A stretch of DNA of 24,000 nucleotides, taken from Candidatus Tisiphia endosymbiont of Melanophora roralis (GTDB taxonomy: Bacteria > Pseudomonadota > Alphaproteobacteria > Rickettsiales > Rickettsiaceae). The stretch covers positions 1,422,721 to 1,446,720 of the forward strand of contig NZ_OZ032161.1 in NCBI RefSeq assembly GCF_964026575.1, written 5' to 3'. Made by a program: the position numbers and the translations under genes. Positions 8,501 through 19,864 of the stretch are shown here, one piece after another. The stretch's first letter is position 1; each line of letters opens with the position of its first letter. Under the pieces are notes generated by a model. It had not been told where the DNA came from, did no database searches, and was given only the letters and a program-made list of their open reading frames with translations.

Positions 8501-10228
8501 ATGGAAGAGCATATTCTTATCAATATTATAATTTTAATAGGAACAGCTGTATTTGTTGTAGCAATACTGAAACGCCTTAATCTAAGCCCAGTTTTGGGTT
8601 ATTTAATTGCAGGAGCGGTAATTGGAGACCATGGATTTAAGATTGTAACATATGATCAAACAAAATTACTAGGAGAATTAGGAGTAGTTTTTTTACTTTT
8701 TGCTATAGGTTTAGAATTATCTTTTGAAAGATTAAAGGTAATGAGGCGGTATGTATTTGGTCTTGGCTCACTACAAGTGTTAACTACAGCTATAGTAATT
8801 GCTGCCGCTGTTGTACTAATCAGCGGTAATAGTAGTGCTGCAATTATTATTGGAGGTGGTCTTGCTTTATCCTCAACTGCCCTTGTTATGCAAGTTATTG
8901 AGGAAAGCCGTAGCCAATCAACTCAACTAGGTCGTATATCCCTAGCTATCTTGTTATTACAAGATTTAGCAGTTGTGCCATTGCTAGTTATGGTACCACT
9001 GTTTGCTAGCAATAGTAAAGATTCGTTAGCGATAGCTCTAGGAACAGCTTTACTTAAGGCTATCATAGCACTACTTGCAATATTTGTTGCAGGTAGAGTG
9101 TTACTAAGACCTTTATTTGGGTTAATTTCATCGGACAATGGCGATATAAACGAGCTACCAATTTCCATGACTCTATTGGTAGTTCTATCTGCAGCTTGGG
9201 CCACGCAATATTTTGGTTTATCACTTGCTTTAGGAGCTTTTGTTGCAGGTGTTTTGGTTGCAGAAACAGAATTTCGGTTGCAAGCTGAAGAAAGTATATA
9301 CCCTTTCAAAAGCTTATTGCTAGGACTATTTTTTATGAGCGTTGGAATGAATATTGACGCTCAAGAAATATACGCTCAAATATCAACTATACTAACTTGT
9401 TCTATTGCCTTGATTGTAGTAAAAGCACTAATTATTGCCGCCTCTTGCATTTTATTTGGTTTTAATAAAGGAGTAGCATTGCATGCAGGTTTATTATTAT
9501 CACAAGGTGGAGAATTTGCTTTTATCTTATTCGGTCTTGGTAAAGAAACTCAGGTTATTAGAGAGAGTACGGCTAATATTCTGTTATTAGTGGTGACATG
9601 TACTATGGCACTAACTCCATTACTGGCAATTTTAGGAAGAAAACTTGCTGAAAGACTTGATAAACAACTTGGCAAGACTCCAATACAAATTATAGAACTT
9701 GGAGCAAGAGATTTAACAAATCATATAATAATTGCCGGTTTTGGTAGCGTTGGTAGAATGGTAGCATTAGTACTGGAAGCTGAAGGAATCAATTATATAG
9801 CACTAGATGTTAATGACGAGATTGTAAAAGCAGAAACAGCTAATGGCTTTCCAGTTTTTAAAGGAGATGTATCACAGATTGATACGCTAAAAGCTGTGGG
9901 AGCAGAAAGGATTTTAACTCTAGTACTTACAATGAATAATAGTGTTACTATCAAAAAATCTCTTCGAACAATTTCAAGTCATTTTCCAGATCTTGAAGTT
10001 ATTGTAAGATTAAAGAATCTAGAAAAGGCTAGAGAATTTTATGATGCTGGAGCAACAACAATCATACCAGAAAATTATGAGACGGGGTTACAGCTTGGTG
10101 GAACAATTTTAAAATTTATTGGCCTTAGTGAATATGAAATAAATCGTATCAAAGGGCAATTTAGATCAGGTAATTATGTAATAGCTAAACGAGATGATGC
10201 TTTGCGTGAATTAGAAGAGAATGATTAA
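8501..10228 (+). CDS. kefB: Kef-type monovalent cation:proton antiporter with a C-terminal TrkA-N (RCK) domain
   Basis: 575-aa ORF. The N-terminal ~390 aa are polytopic hydrophobic in the CPA2 style. The C-terminus carries a Rossmann GxGxxG (IIIAGFGSVGRMVA) typical of KefB/KefC RCK domains. Confidence 0.85.
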   Translation: MEEHILINIIILIGTAVFVVAILKRLNLSPVLGYLIAGAVIGDHGFKIVTYDQTKLLGELGVVFLLFAIGLELSFERLKVMRRYVFGLGSLQVLTTAIVIAAAVVLISGNSSAAIIIGGGLALSSTALVMQVIEESRSQSTQLGRISLAILLLQDLAVVPLLVMVPLFASNSKDSLAIALGTALLKAIIALLAIFVAGRVLLRPLFGLISSDNGDINELPISMTLLVVLSAAWATQYFGLSLALGAFVAGVLVAETEFRLQAEESIYPFKSLLLGLFFMSVGMNIDAQEIYAQISTILTCSIALIVVKALIIAASCILFGFNKGVALHAGLLLSQGGEFAFILFGLGKETQVIRESTANILLLVVTCTMALTPLLAILGRKLAERLDKQLGKTPIQIIELGARDLTNHIIIAGFGSVGRMVALVLEAEGINYIALDVNDEIVKAETANGFPVFKGDVSQIDTLKAVGAERILTLVLTMNNSVTIKKSLRTISSHFPDLEVIVRLKNLEKAREFYDAGATTIIPENYETGLQLGGTILKFIGLSEYEINRIKGQFRSGNYVIAKRDDALRELEEND

Positions 10229-10236
10229 AAATAACC

Positions 10237-10728
10237 ATGGCAATCAAGTTACTAAAGCAACAGTCATATATTTTGATTATAATCTTGACCATTACACCTT
10301 TACTAACGACAGCTGATAATCAGAAATTGCCGATACCTAGATTTGCCTCAATAAAGGCTAATGAGGTAAATGCTAGAGTTGGTCCTTCGATAAAAACACC
10401 TATAGAATGGGTATTTGTTAAAAAAGGTGAACCAATAGAAATTATTGCAGAATATGAACAATGGAGGCAAATTCGTGATATAAAAGGAGAAGGAGGCTGG
10501 GTACATTCAAGTGTATTGTCCGGTAAAAGATCGGTGATTGTGGTAAGTGCCAAGTTAGTAGCTCTGACTCGAGCAGCTAATGATCAACATAAAATTGTTG
10601 CAAGAGTAAGTAATTATGTCCGTTGCCTACTTAATAAATGCAAACAAGATTATTGTCAGGTGTGCTGCAAGAATTATACTGGATGGCTACCTAAAACAGT
10701 ATTGTGGGGAGTATATAAGGATGAATAA
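10237..10728 (+). CDS. Secreted bacterial SH3-like domain protein (COG3807/YgiM-like)
   Basis: 163-aa ORF with an N-terminal hydrophobic signal-like segment (YILIIILTITPLLTTA) followed by PRFASIKANEVNARVGPS...PIEWVF.KKGEPIEII.E...WRQIRD..GEGGWVHSSVLSGKR, a pattern I recognise from alphaproteobacterial SH3-like proteins. It starts 8 nt after kefB. Confidence 0.6.
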   Translation: MAIKLLKQQSYILIIILTITPLLTTADNQKLPIPRFASIKANEVNARVGPSIKTPIEWVFVKKGEPIEIIAEYEQWRQIRDIKGEGGWVHSSVLSGKRSVIVVSAKLVALTRAANDQHKIVARVSNYVRCLLNKCKQDYCQVCCKNYTGWLPKTVLWGVYKDE

Positions 10729-10797
10729 TATATACTCTTGCCTCTACTGCAAATCCTTGCTCTGTGTCTAGGTTCTTATATCTTAATTAGATTTTAG

Positions 10798-10837
10798 TGT
10801 GACTAGGTTAGGACTCTAGTCACATTACAATTTTTTT
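10798..10837 (+). terminator. Candidate rho-independent terminator of the kefB / SH3-like gene pair
   Basis: 9-bp stem TGTGACTAG / CTAGTCACA (10798-10806, 10817-10825) with a 10-nt loop, then TTACAA and a T7 run (10831-10837). It lies 70 nt after the stop codon. Confidence 0.45.
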
Positions 10838-11100
10838 CAAAAGGGGTCAAAAGCATATTGCAATCTACACTTTAAAATTATTCAGGCAAGATTCTCCCAA
10901 AGATTATTAAATTGACATCTATACAAATGTATGATAAGGATTGGTTTATAACAATTCTTATGTCACTTTTGGTTCTAAAATCATCCACTAGGCTGAGCCA
11001 TTCTTCGATTTTAGTGCATTTTGTGAACATATCAAACGGTGGACGTAGCATAAAGTCTAGCTTTCCGTCTTTGTACTAGTACAAATAAATTTATACAAAA

Positions 11101-12852
11101 ATGTCAACCCCATCTTCCTTTCTTTGGTCAGTTATAAAGCCATATAAGTATTTATATTTTATCATGATGATTGCGCCATGTGCACATGGTGTATATCCAA
11201 TTATATATAATTATGCTATAAAGCTATTAATTGATTTGTTTACTCAAAATCAAAATATTACTTTTGAACAAAGTTGGAAACCAATAACGATATTTATAAG
11301 CTCCCAAATTATCCTTGATGGTGCATGGCGAATGCATAATTTTGCTCAATTAAAATGTATGCCATATATTTTACAAAATATATTAAATAAAGTTTGCACA
11401 CATTGCTTTAAATTATCATATACTTTTTTTCAACATAACCTTTCCGGTTCAATTGTTGCGAAAGTAAAAGGAATTGGTGATAACTATTTTAAAATGCATC
11501 AAGCACTTGAATTGCAGCTAAGTAAACCATTGTTTATTACGTTATTTTCTGGTATTGCATTAGGTCTGACCAATATAAAAATACTTTTTTTTGTTCTAGC
11601 ATTTAGCTTTATATATGCACCAATGGCATTTAAATTTTTTACCAAGCTTGCCAAAATGGAGCAGGAAAAGCAAGACTCATGGTATTATTTATTTGGAACT
11701 GTAGCAGATTGTATTACTAACATTTTTACAGTTTTTGCTTTTGCTACTCAGCAGCGTGAGTTACACAAAATACAACACTATTATGATAATATACATAACC
11801 CATTAATTATCAAATATTATAGATACGATTTAATTATATCTATAATATTGTGTTTATTTTATTGGGTATTTTTAATCTCACTATTTTGTTATGTCATTTA
11901 TATGAAAAATAATAATGAGATTTCAATTGGTGATATTGCTTTTGTTATGTCACTTACTTTTTTATTTACTGAAAATAGTTGGCAAACTACAATGGAAATA
12001 AAAGATTTCCTAGAGGATGTTGCTGCTTTTCGCTCTGCTTTTACAATTATGCAAATCCCACAAAATACAATTGATACTCCTTCTGTAACTAACTTAACGA
12101 TTACCAAAGGTGATATTGTATTTCAGAATTTATCTTTTGGTTATAACAACACTAATTGTGTATTTAAGGATTTAAATCTTAATATCAAAGCTGGTCAAAA
12201 AATTGGAATTGTTGGACATTCTGGTGGTGGGAAATCAACATTAATATCTTTATTACTCAAAAATTTTCAAATAACAACCGGGGATATTATTATTGATAAT
12301 CAAAGTATCTATAATGTATCTTGTGAGAGTCTACGTAGTCAAATATCTCTAATTCCACAAGATATTATGCTCTTTCATCGTTCTATTGGAGAAAATATTG
12401 GGTATGCTAAAGAAAATACAACACAAGCTGAGATAGAAAGTGCAGCACTGGCAGCCAATCTTCATGAGTTTATTGAAACCCTACCTGAGAAATATAATAC
12501 CCTTGTGGGCGAAAGAGGAATTAAACTAAGTGGAGGTCAACGTCAACGTATAGCAATTGCCAGGGCTATTCTTAAAAATGCCCCGATTTTAATTCTGGAT
12601 GAAGCGACTTCTTCACTTGACAGTCAAACCGAACTAGAAATTCAAAAATCTATAAACACACTACTTGAAAAAAATAATGCAACTGTAATTGCCATAGCTC
12701 ATCGTCTGTCAACAATAAGACATTTAGATAGAATTGTTGTGATAGAAAACGGCCAAATTGTTGAAGATGGAAATTTTGTAGAACTACTTGCAATGCCAAA
12801 TGGTAGATTCAAAGAACTTTGGGAGCATCAAGTAAACGGTATGGTAATTTAG
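11101..12852 (+). CDS. ABC exporter, fused permease plus ATPase half-transporter (MsbA/MdlB-like)
   Basis: 583-aa ORF. The N-terminal ~300 aa form a multi-helix membrane domain. The C-terminal NBD has Walker A GHSGGGKST, signature LSGGQRQRIAIARA, Walker B ILILDEATSSLD and the H-loop AHRLST. Confidence 0.85.
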   Translation: MSTPSSFLWSVIKPYKYLYFIMMIAPCAHGVYPIIYNYAIKLLIDLFTQNQNITFEQSWKPITIFISSQIILDGAWRMHNFAQLKCMPYILQNILNKVCTHCFKLSYTFFQHNLSGSIVAKVKGIGDNYFKMHQALELQLSKPLFITLFSGIALGLTNIKILFFVLAFSFIYAPMAFKFFTKLAKMEQEKQDSWYYLFGTVADCITNIFTVFAFATQQRELHKIQHYYDNIHNPLIIKYYRYDLIISIILCLFYWVFLISLFCYVIYMKNNNEISIGDIAFVMSLTFLFTENSWQTTMEIKDFLEDVAAFRSAFTIMQIPQNTIDTPSVTNLTITKGDIVFQNLSFGYNNTNCVFKDLNLNIKAGQKIGIVGHSGGGKSTLISLLLKNFQITTGDIIIDNQSIYNVSCESLRSQISLIPQDIMLFHRSIGENIGYAKENTTQAEIESAALAANLHEFIETLPEKYNTLVGERGIKLSGGQRQRIAIARAILKNAPILILDEATSSLDSQTELEIQKSINTLLEKNNATVIAIAHRLSTIRHLDRIVVIENGQIVEDGNFVELLAMPNGRFKELWEHQVNGMVI

Positions 12853-12975
12853 GTTTTTACTTCAGATGTGACAAATGATTTGGAAAATTGGAAATGATAC
12901 TTACAAGGTCAAAAATGATGTCATTCCCCACGGGGAATGCTATCTAGGCTTTTTACTAATTAGGAATAGGAGTTT

Positions 12976-15801
12976 ATGGATAAAAATTTAAAACAAACTA
13001 GTTTTTTATTTGGTAGTAATGCTGTTTTTATAGAAGAGCTATATCAGCTATATTTATCAGATCATAAAGCAGTTGATGAAAGCTGGCAAAACTATTTCCA
13101 AAATATTGAGAATAATAATAGTTACCAAGTTAATAAAACTATTGCTCATGTTATTACTTCACCTCAAGAAAAGCCTTTACCGTATGTTACGGAATTTTCT
13201 GCTACAGCTAACAAGCTCAGAGCAAAAGCAATGATTGCCCGCTACCGTAATTATGGACATTATTTAGTTAAGCTAGATCCCTTGAATCTTGAAGTTCTTA
13301 AGACTAAAAATGAGTTGAGACTTAATATAGAAGATTTTGGTTTTACCACAGATCATTTGAATAATATTATAGAAATTGATGATGAATTTTTTGGAATAAA
13401 AGCATGTTCACTTAAGGAATTGGTTAATTTGCTTGATCAAACTTATACTAAAGATATTGCCGTAGAATTTGCTCATGTGACCAATGAAGATGAGAAAACT
13501 TGGTTTTTTGAGCAGATAGAAAGTAATGTTCAAGCTTTTAATATATTGGAACAAGATAAGAAGGATATACTAAAAGATTTAGTAGAAATTGAAGGATTTG
13601 AACAATATCTACATACCAAATTTCCTGGAGCAAAACGCTTTTCAGTAGAAGGTGGAGAGGCAGCCGTAGTGGCTATAGATAAAGCTATAGATATGTCTAC
13701 TGTCCATGGACTAGAAGATGTAGTAATAGGTATGGCTCACCGAGGAAGACTTAGCACATTGGCCAAGGTAATGACTAAACCTTATAAAGCTATTTTGTCT
13801 GGATTTATAACAGGTAGTATCTTGCCGACTGATTTAGGTATTTCAGGTGATGTGAAGTATCATATTGGCTATTCATCAGATCAGATAAGAGAGGGGTTTA
13901 AGGTGCATCTTTCTATGGCAGATAATCCATCACATTTAGAAGCGGTGAATCCGGTAGTAGCTGGTAAAGTACGAGCAAAACAGGATAGCATCCAAGATAC
14001 TAATCGTAAGAAAGTAATGGGTATTTTGGTTCATGGCGATAGTGCTTTTTGTGGTCAAGGTGTAGTAGCTGAGAGTTTATTTATGTCGGATCTAAAGCCT
14101 TATAATGTTGGCGGGATTATTCACTTTGTCATTAATAATCAGCTTGGATTTACAGCGAATAGTTATGACACTAGGCCAGGTAGATATTCTACTGAGTTTG
14201 CTAAGATAATTAATAGTCCAATTCTACATGTAAATGGTGATGATATTGAAGCAGTGATCAAGGCTACCAATATTGCAGTGAATTACCGATATAAATTTGC
14301 TAGAGACATAGTCGTTGAGATCATTTGTTATCGTAAATATGGTCATAATGAAGGTGATGAACCTATGTATACTCAAGCTGTTATGTATAATGTAATAAAA
14401 AATAAGCAATCCCCGGCAACTATTTTTGCAAATAAACTAGTAGCAGGTGGAATAATTGACCAAAATTATTTTCCTACATTAAAAGAACAATTTAAACTGA
14501 AATTAGATCAAGAATATGAACAAGCCAAAAATTATCAGCCACAAGCTCAGTTTTTGGAAGGTTTATGGTCTAGTTATACTAGGTCAAATGCTCAAATGCT
14601 CTCTACTGGTGTTAACAAAGACACCTTAAAAGAACTTGGTATAAAGCTTTGTCAGATACCAAAAGATTTTCCTTTAAATCCCAAACTTGTAAAATTATTT
14701 GAATTAAGAGAAAATACTTTAAAGCAAGATAAACCTATTGACTGGGCAACTGCAGAACAGTTAGCCTTTGCCAGTTTATTAAATTCAGGTACTAGAATAC
14801 GTTTTACTGGTCAAGATTGTGGGCGTGGCACTTTCTCTCACCGTCATGCAGTGTTACATAGTCAGGTGGATGATAGAACTTATACACCATTAAATAATTT
14901 ATCGCAAAACCAAGGAAATTTTGGGCAAGCAAATTTTGAAATTGCTGACAGTAATTTATCTGAATATGCAGTTTTAGGTTTTGAGTATGGTTATTCATTA
15001 GTTAATCCAAAAGATTTAGTAATTTGGGAAGCTCAATTTGGCGATTTTGCTAACGGAGCTCAAATAATTTTCGACCAATTCATTTCCAGTAGTGAAAGCA
15101 AATGGCTCAGGATGAGCGGTATAGTAGTGCTACTACCACATGGATCTGAAGGACAAGGTCCAGAGCATAGCTCTGCAAGACTCGAGAGGTTCTTGCAGCT
15201 TGCTGCTGAAAATAATATGCAAGTTACATATCCTACGACGCCAGCTTCATTTTTTCATTTATTACGTCGTCAAATATACAGTAATATTCGTAAACCACTA
15301 ATAGTAATGTCACCAAAATCTTTATTAAGACATAAAATGGTTGTATCACCTCTCTCCCAGCTTGATGAGAATACGAGCTTTATACCTGTGCTAGACGAAA
15401 TTAATGATGCTATAAATGCCAAGGAAGTAAAACGAATTATATTATGTAGTGGTAAAGTCTACTATGATTTATTAGAAAAAAGAGAAGAAAAGAATATTTT
15501 AGATATAGTGATTATTAGACTTGAACAGTTATATCCGTTTGAAACGGATATTATCGTTAAAATATTAGGTAAATATAATAAAGCTAAAGAGTTTATTTGG
15601 TGTCAAGAAGAACCTAAAAATATGGGGGCGTGGAATTTTGTTAAAGATCACTTAAATGAGAGCCTAAAAAATGCATCAATTAATAATCAATTTATATATG
15701 TTGGTAGGAATGAGTCTGCTTCACCAGCAGTTGGCTCACCGATCATACATAATGAGCAACAGAAAAAATTGCTTGAAGAAGCCTTGATAATTAAGGGATA
15801 G
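12976..15801 (+). CDS. sucA: 2-oxoglutarate dehydrogenase E1 component
   Basis: 941-aa ORF with the SucA N-terminus ([20 protein letters not shown]...VD.SWQ.YF), a ThDP-binding region ([13 protein letters not shown]...[17 protein letters not shown]) and the C-terminal transketolase-like region ([12 protein letters not shown]...[23 protein letters not shown]). Confidence 0.95.
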   Translation: MDKNLKQTSFLFGSNAVFIEELYQLYLSDHKAVDESWQNYFQNIENNNSYQVNKTIAHVITSPQEKPLPYVTEFSATANKLRAKAMIARYRNYGHYLVKLDPLNLEVLKTKNELRLNIEDFGFTTDHLNNIIEIDDEFFGIKACSLKELVNLLDQTYTKDIAVEFAHVTNEDEKTWFFEQIESNVQAFNILEQDKKDILKDLVEIEGFEQYLHTKFPGAKRFSVEGGEAAVVAIDKAIDMSTVHGLEDVVIGMAHRGRLSTLAKVMTKPYKAILSGFITGSILPTDLGISGDVKYHIGYSSDQIREGFKVHLSMADNPSHLEAVNPVVAGKVRAKQDSIQDTNRKKVMGILVHGDSAFCGQGVVAESLFMSDLKPYNVGGIIHFVINNQLGFTANSYDTRPGRYSTEFAKIINSPILHVNGDDIEAVIKATNIAVNYRYKFARDIVVEIICYRKYGHNEGDEPMYTQAVMYNVIKNKQSPATIFANKLVAGGIIDQNYFPTLKEQFKLKLDQEYEQAKNYQPQAQFLEGLWSSYTRSNAQMLSTGVNKDTLKELGIKLCQIPKDFPLNPKLVKLFELRENTLKQDKPIDWATAEQLAFASLLNSGTRIRFTGQDCGRGTFSHRHAVLHSQVDDRTYTPLNNLSQNQGNFGQANFEIADSNLSEYAVLGFEYGYSLVNPKDLVIWEAQFGDFANGAQIIFDQFISSSESKWLRMSGIVVLLPHGSEGQGPEHSSARLERFLQLAAENNMQVTYPTTPASFFHLLRRQIYSNIRKPLIVMSPKSLLRHKMVVSPLSQLDENTSFIPVLDEINDAINAKEVKRIILCSGKVYYDLLEKREEKNILDIVIIRLEQLYPFETDIIVKILGKYNKAKEFIWCQEEPKNMGAWNFVKDHLNESLKNASINNQFIYVGRNESASPAVGSPIIHNEQQKKLLEEALIIKG

Positions 15802-15889
15802 AGTTAAGTTGGAAATGTCAGCATAATTATTTAACTTACCTTACGCATAACCACCATGGTAATTTAAAAATTGCAGAATAAGTACAAGA

Positions 15890-15973
15890 GTCATTGCGAG
15901 ACCACGTAGTGGTCGTGGCAATCCACATTTATTAGATTGCTTCGTCGCTACTAAAGTAGCTCCTCGCAATGAC
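15890..15973. repeat. 84-bp palindromic element (GTCATTGCGAG ... CTCGCAATGAC type)
   Basis: Terminal arms GTCATTGCGAG / CTCGCAATGAC and inner arms GGCAATC / GATTGCTTCG. It is GC-richer than its surroundings and nested inside an outer imperfect inverted repeat (15838-15875 versus 15991-16020). Confidence 0.8.
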
Positions 15974-16027
15974 GCCGGGCTGTTTTCTCCCTTATGATTT
16001 TTAAATGCCACGCGTAAGGTGAATTAT

Positions 16028-16879
16028 TTAATTATTCAAATCTAATGCACCTAAAGCCAAGATTAAGCCAACGTAATTATTATTTTTAAACCTAGTAAGA
16101 CAATTTTGTGGGTCTGAGATTTCTAATGTTACTACCTGCCAAATCAGCATTATATAAGCACAGAGAATAGCTATATAGTTAGGTCGATGGGTTGCTATAA
16201 TGTTAGCAAATATGAATAATAATATGAAGATGGTATAGTAAACATATAAATGTAATTTATAATTTCTCTTTTCTAAAAAAAGTGGCATTGACTTGATCTT
16301 AATCTTCTTATCGTCCTTTATATCCATAAAACCATAAATAGTGTCATAACCAATAATCCAAAAACAGCAGGCAATATACATAATACCCGATTCTATTGAT
16401 ATTTTATCAATTACAGCACTACTGCCAATCAATACTCCATTAAATGTTAGTCCTAGAAATACTTGCGGAAAGTTTATCATTCTTTTCATTAGCGGATATA
16501 AAACAATCATGATAAAGCTAAGAAACCCTAGGCAAATCGCTGTTTTATTTAATGATAATAAAATTGTCAAGGAACAGACTGATAATATAGTTAGCAAAAT
16601 CATCGCTTCATTTACATTTAATGATCCATTAGCTAGTGGTCTATCCTTTGTTCTTAAAACATGCTTATCAAAATCTTTATCAAAAATATCGTTAAGAACG
16701 CAACCAGCTCCCCTAGTAATGATACTTCCGATAAAAAACAATGATAATAATTTTACTAAATTATAAATTGCAATATTGGTAAGAAGTACCCCAAAGCATG
16801 TTGAGAAAAATAGTAACAGATAGCCAGTAGGACTTTGCAGTCTCATTAATTTAAGGCTCAGAAAAAATTTATTTGGCAT
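16028..16879 (-). CDS. ubiA: 4-hydroxybenzoate polyprenyltransferase (UbiA family)
   Basis: 283-aa polytopic membrane ORF with the first Asp-rich motif NDIFDKDFDKHVLRTKDRPLANG and a second Asp-rich region (YGFMDIKDDKKIKIKS). Confidence 0.85.
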   Translation of the reverse strand: MPNKFFLSLKLMRLQSPTGYLLLFFSTCFGVLLTNIAIYNLVKLLSLFFIGSIITRGAGCVLNDIFDKDFDKHVLRTKDRPLANGSLNVNEAMILLTILSVCSLTILLSLNKTAICLGFLSFIMIVLYPLMKRMINFPQVFLGLTFNGVLIGSSAVIDKISIESGIMYIACCFWIIGYDTIYGFMDIKDDKKIKIKSMPLFLEKRNYKLHLYVYYTIFILLFIFANIIATHRPNYIAILCAYIMLIWQVVTLEISDPQNCLTRFKNNNYVGLILALGALDLNN

Positions 16880-17123
16880 TGCTATAGTTATGATATATTT
16901 TGAATTAATTTAACTAGGTCTGTGAACATTTCCATTTAATGGTCTTATCGATCGTTATTTTCGTTCTCGAATTCGTAACGGAATTTAGTACTGCTTTCGG
17001 TTCTTGCTTAGCGAAAATGCCTATAAATCTACTCAACATAGAAATATTCAAAAAATCTAATATAAAATACTTAGTGGGGTCAAATATTATGATATATTCT
17101 AACCATTAATTCGATAAATGCAC

Positions 17124-17269
17124 TAGACCTTTTGCATAATTCTACTTCTGCTGGTAATTTGTGCGTCGGGACTAGACTCGAATCCTCACGTACGTTTGAG
17201 TACGCTGCGGTTTGAGATTCCGGTCCTCCTACAAATTCCCTAGCAGAAGTGAATTCTGTAAGAGGTCTA
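17124..17269 (-). repeat. 146-bp palindromic element, RPE-1-like, copy B (inverted relative to copy A)
   Basis: It has the same length as 3309-3454 and is colinear with it after reverse complementation. Terminal TAGACC...GGTCTA inverted repeats are present. The track ORF 17080..17304 reads through it, giving ...TAAYSNVREDSS...PAEVE..., the same peptide core as the ORF across copy A. Confidence 0.85.
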
Positions 17270-17308
17270 CTTTTGAAGTGGCTGACACGAATATATTTTA
17301 ACAATCAA

Positions 17309-17358
17309 CCCCAAATTCGGGATAAGAATTAGTTAATTATTATCCCGAATTCGCGTAA
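17309..17358 (+). repeat. ~50-nt palindromic element, family P, copy 2
   Basis: CCCCAA-ATTCGGGATAAGAATT-AGTT-AATTATTATCCCGAAT-TCGCGTAA, with one arm mismatch. It ends 16 nt before the valS ATG. Confidence 0.85.
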
Positions 17359-17374
17359 CTAGGATAGTCTTATT

Positions 17375-19864
17375 ATGATAGAATTTCTAAAAAATTATAG
17401 CTTTATTGAAAGCGAAAGAAAATGGCAAAAATTTTGGCAGGAACAAAAAATTTATCTTTGGGATAAAAATGATACGAGAGAAAATAGTTTTGTAGTAGAT
17501 ACGCCACCACCAACAGTCTCAGGACATTTGCATATAGGACATGTTTACAGTTATACTCAAGCTGATTTTATTGTCCGTTTCCAACGGATGCTGGGTAAAA
17601 ATATTTTTTATCCAATCGGTTTTGATGATAATGGTTTACCTACCGAACGTTTAGTTGAAAAACAAAAACAACTCAGAGCAGCCAGTATGGCAAGAGATGA
17701 ATTTATTGAGATATGTAAGGAAGTTGTTATTTCTGAGGAAGAGAAATTCCGCTCATTATTTAATCAAATGGCTTTATCTGTTGATTGGACTTTGGAATAC
17801 CAAACAATTAATCCATTATCACAAAAAATATCACAAATGTCATTTTTAGACTTAGTCGACAAAGGCGAAATTTACCGTAATAATCAACCAATGTTGTGGG
17901 ATCCAGTTGATCAAACGGCTTTATCTCAAGCTGACATTGAAGACCAAGAAAAAACTACAATGATGAATGATATAATTTTTCATACCAGCAAGGGTGAGAA
18001 GATTATTATTGCTACCACTAGACCAGAAATGCTACCAGCTTGTGTTGCAGTATTTTACAATCCAAATGATGATAGATACCAACAACTGAAAGACCAATTT
18101 GCCATAACACCGCTATTTGATGTTAAAGTACCTATTCTAGCGGATGATTTAGTTCAAATAGATAAAGGAAGTGGACTTGTGATGTGCTGTACTTTTGGTG
18201 ACACAACCGATATAACTTGGTGGAGAACTCACAATTTACCTATGAAAATTATTATAGATAAAAAAGGTATCATAAATATCCCGACTGAATTATCAAATTC
18301 ACATCAGTTAAATGGTTTAAAAATAAAAGATGCTAGAAGTAAAATTATAGAAATCTTAAAAGAGCAAGACCTATTAGTTAGACAAATAGAAATTACTCAA
18401 ACAGTAAAATGTGCTGAACGTTCAGGCTCACCGCTAGAGATACTTACGCTACCTCAGTGGTTTGTTCGCACGATAAAACATAAAGATGTTCTAATGCAAC
18501 GTGCATGTGAGCTGAATTGGCATCCAAAAACTATGAAAATTAAGCTTGAGAACTGGATAAATAGCATATCATGGGATTGGTGTATAAGTCGTCAACGCTA
18601 TTTTGGTGTACCTTTCCCTGTTTGGTATTCTAAAAGAATTGGCGAAATAGGCAAACCCCTATTTCCAGATATCAAACAACTGCCAGTAGACCCTCTTCGA
18701 GACCTACCAATTGGCTATTCTAGAGAAGAAGTAGAACCGGATTACGATGTTATGGATACTTGGGCTACCAGTGCAGTATCACCACAATTAAGTAGTCATG
18801 GTATCTCTGAAAAGTTTAACGTAGATATCGAGCGTCATAAAAAATTATTTCCTGCTGACCTACATCCGCAAGCTCATGAAATCATTAGGACATGGGCCTT
18901 TTATACAATACTTAAAGCCCAATTACATGAGAATACCCTACCTTGGAAAAACATTATGATTAGCGGGTGGTGTCTAGCGTTTGATCGTAGCAAAATGTCA
19001 AAATCTAAAGGCAATGTTATTGTGCCACAAAAATTGCTTGAGCAATACGGTGCTGATGTAACACGTTATTGGACTTCTAAATCTAAGCTTGGGGCAGACA
19101 CTGTTTACTCTGAAGACGTAATGAAAAATGGCAAGAGGCTTGTTAATAAATTATGGAACGCTGCTAAATTTGCTACTATTCACTTCGATAAATTAGACTC
19201 ACTAGATAAAAATGCTGAAATATCTGATATAGAAAGCAAGATTTGTCATAAGTTTGACCAGTGGTTAATAGTTAAACTAGTTGAGTTAGTAAGCAAAGTT
19301 GAATCAGATATGCAAAATTATGAGTATGCCAATGCTGTGGATTTGATAGAAAAGTTTTTTTGGTCAGTATTTTGTGATAATTACCTCGAGATAACTAAAA
19401 CCCGAGCTTATAATATGGATGGTTCAGATAATAAAGGGCAGTATAGTGCCATAATAACCTTATATCATTCTATAAAAATCTTACTTAAATTATTAGCTCC
19501 TTTCCTTCCACATATAACAGAAGAAATTTGGCAAATTTTGTATAGTACAAAATCTATACATACAAGGGGCAACTGGTCTCAAATCAAAAATTTATCTTTT
19601 CCGGTAGATCAGATTCAGCCTGATAGACTTATTGAAATACTAGACTTGGTTAGGAAAGCTAAAGCAGAAAAGAATTTGTCAGTCAAAGCTGATATTGAGA
19701 TACTAGAAATTATAGGAGAAAAACTTTCTGATGACCTAATAATAGATCTCAAAAACGTTACGTCTGCTCGCACCATAGAATTTGTTGAACAATTTTCATC
19801 AACAAATCAAGTATTAAAGAATGGCGATGTTGTAATTAATGTAATATATACTCAAATGCTTTGA
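17375..19864 (+). CDS. valS: Valyl-tRNA synthetase (short form, no long C-terminal coiled coil)
   Basis: 829-aa class Ia synthetase with HIGH ([13 protein letters not shown]), KMSKS (KMSKSKGN) and a [16 protein letters not shown] block of the Val/Ile type. Its size is well below IleRS, and it lacks the LeuRS-type N-terminal motif. Confidence 0.85.
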   Translation: MIEFLKNYSFIESERKWQKFWQEQKIYLWDKNDTRENSFVVDTPPPTVSGHLHIGHVYSYTQADFIVRFQRMLGKNIFYPIGFDDNGLPTERLVEKQKQLRAASMARDEFIEICKEVVISEEEKFRSLFNQMALSVDWTLEYQTINPLSQKISQMSFLDLVDKGEIYRNNQPMLWDPVDQTALSQADIEDQEKTTMMNDIIFHTSKGEKIIIATTRPEMLPACVAVFYNPNDDRYQQLKDQFAITPLFDVKVPILADDLVQIDKGSGLVMCCTFGDTTDITWWRTHNLPMKIIIDKKGIINIPTELSNSHQLNGLKIKDARSKIIEILKEQDLLVRQIEITQTVKCAERSGSPLEILTLPQWFVRTIKHKDVLMQRACELNWHPKTMKIKLENWINSISWDWCISRQRYFGVPFPVWYSKRIGEIGKPLFPDIKQLPVDPLRDLPIGYSREEVEPDYDVMDTWATSAVSPQLSSHGISEKFNVDIERHKKLFPADLHPQAHEIIRTWAFYTILKAQLHENTLPWKNIMISGWCLAFDRSKMSKSKGNVIVPQKLLEQYGADVTRYWTSKSKLGADTVYSEDVMKNGKRLVNKLWNAAKFATIHFDKLDSLDKNAEISDIESKICHKFDQWLIVKLVELVSKVESDMQNYEYANAVDLIEKFFWSVFCDNYLEITKTRAYNMDGSDNKGQYSAIITLYHSIKILLKLLAPFLPHITEEIWQILYSTKSIHTRGNWSQIKNLSFPVDQIQPDRLIEILDLVRKAKAEKNLSVKADIEILEIIGEKLSDDLIIDLKNVTSARTIEFVEQFSSTNQVLKNGDVVINVIYTQML

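Noticed and set aside
12922-12939. Short GC-rich palindrome CATTCCCC-AC-GGGGAATG downstream of the ABC exporter gene
   Set aside because: There is only one copy in the window, the stem is short with almost no loop, and no adjacent T-run is present. It may be a fragment of another palindromic repeat family or a weak terminator, but I cannot support either.
16914-17039. 41-codon minus-strand ORF (MLSRFIGIFAKQEPKAVLNSVTNSRTKITIDKTIKWKCSQT) and the imperfect palindrome CGTTCTCGAATTCGTAACG upstream of ubiA
   Set aside because: The ORF is too short and has no ribosome-binding site or motif. The palindrome has two mismatched pairs, and its only link to the family-P element is the shared CGAATTCG core. 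The evidence is insufficient to call a gene, an RNA or a repeat copy.
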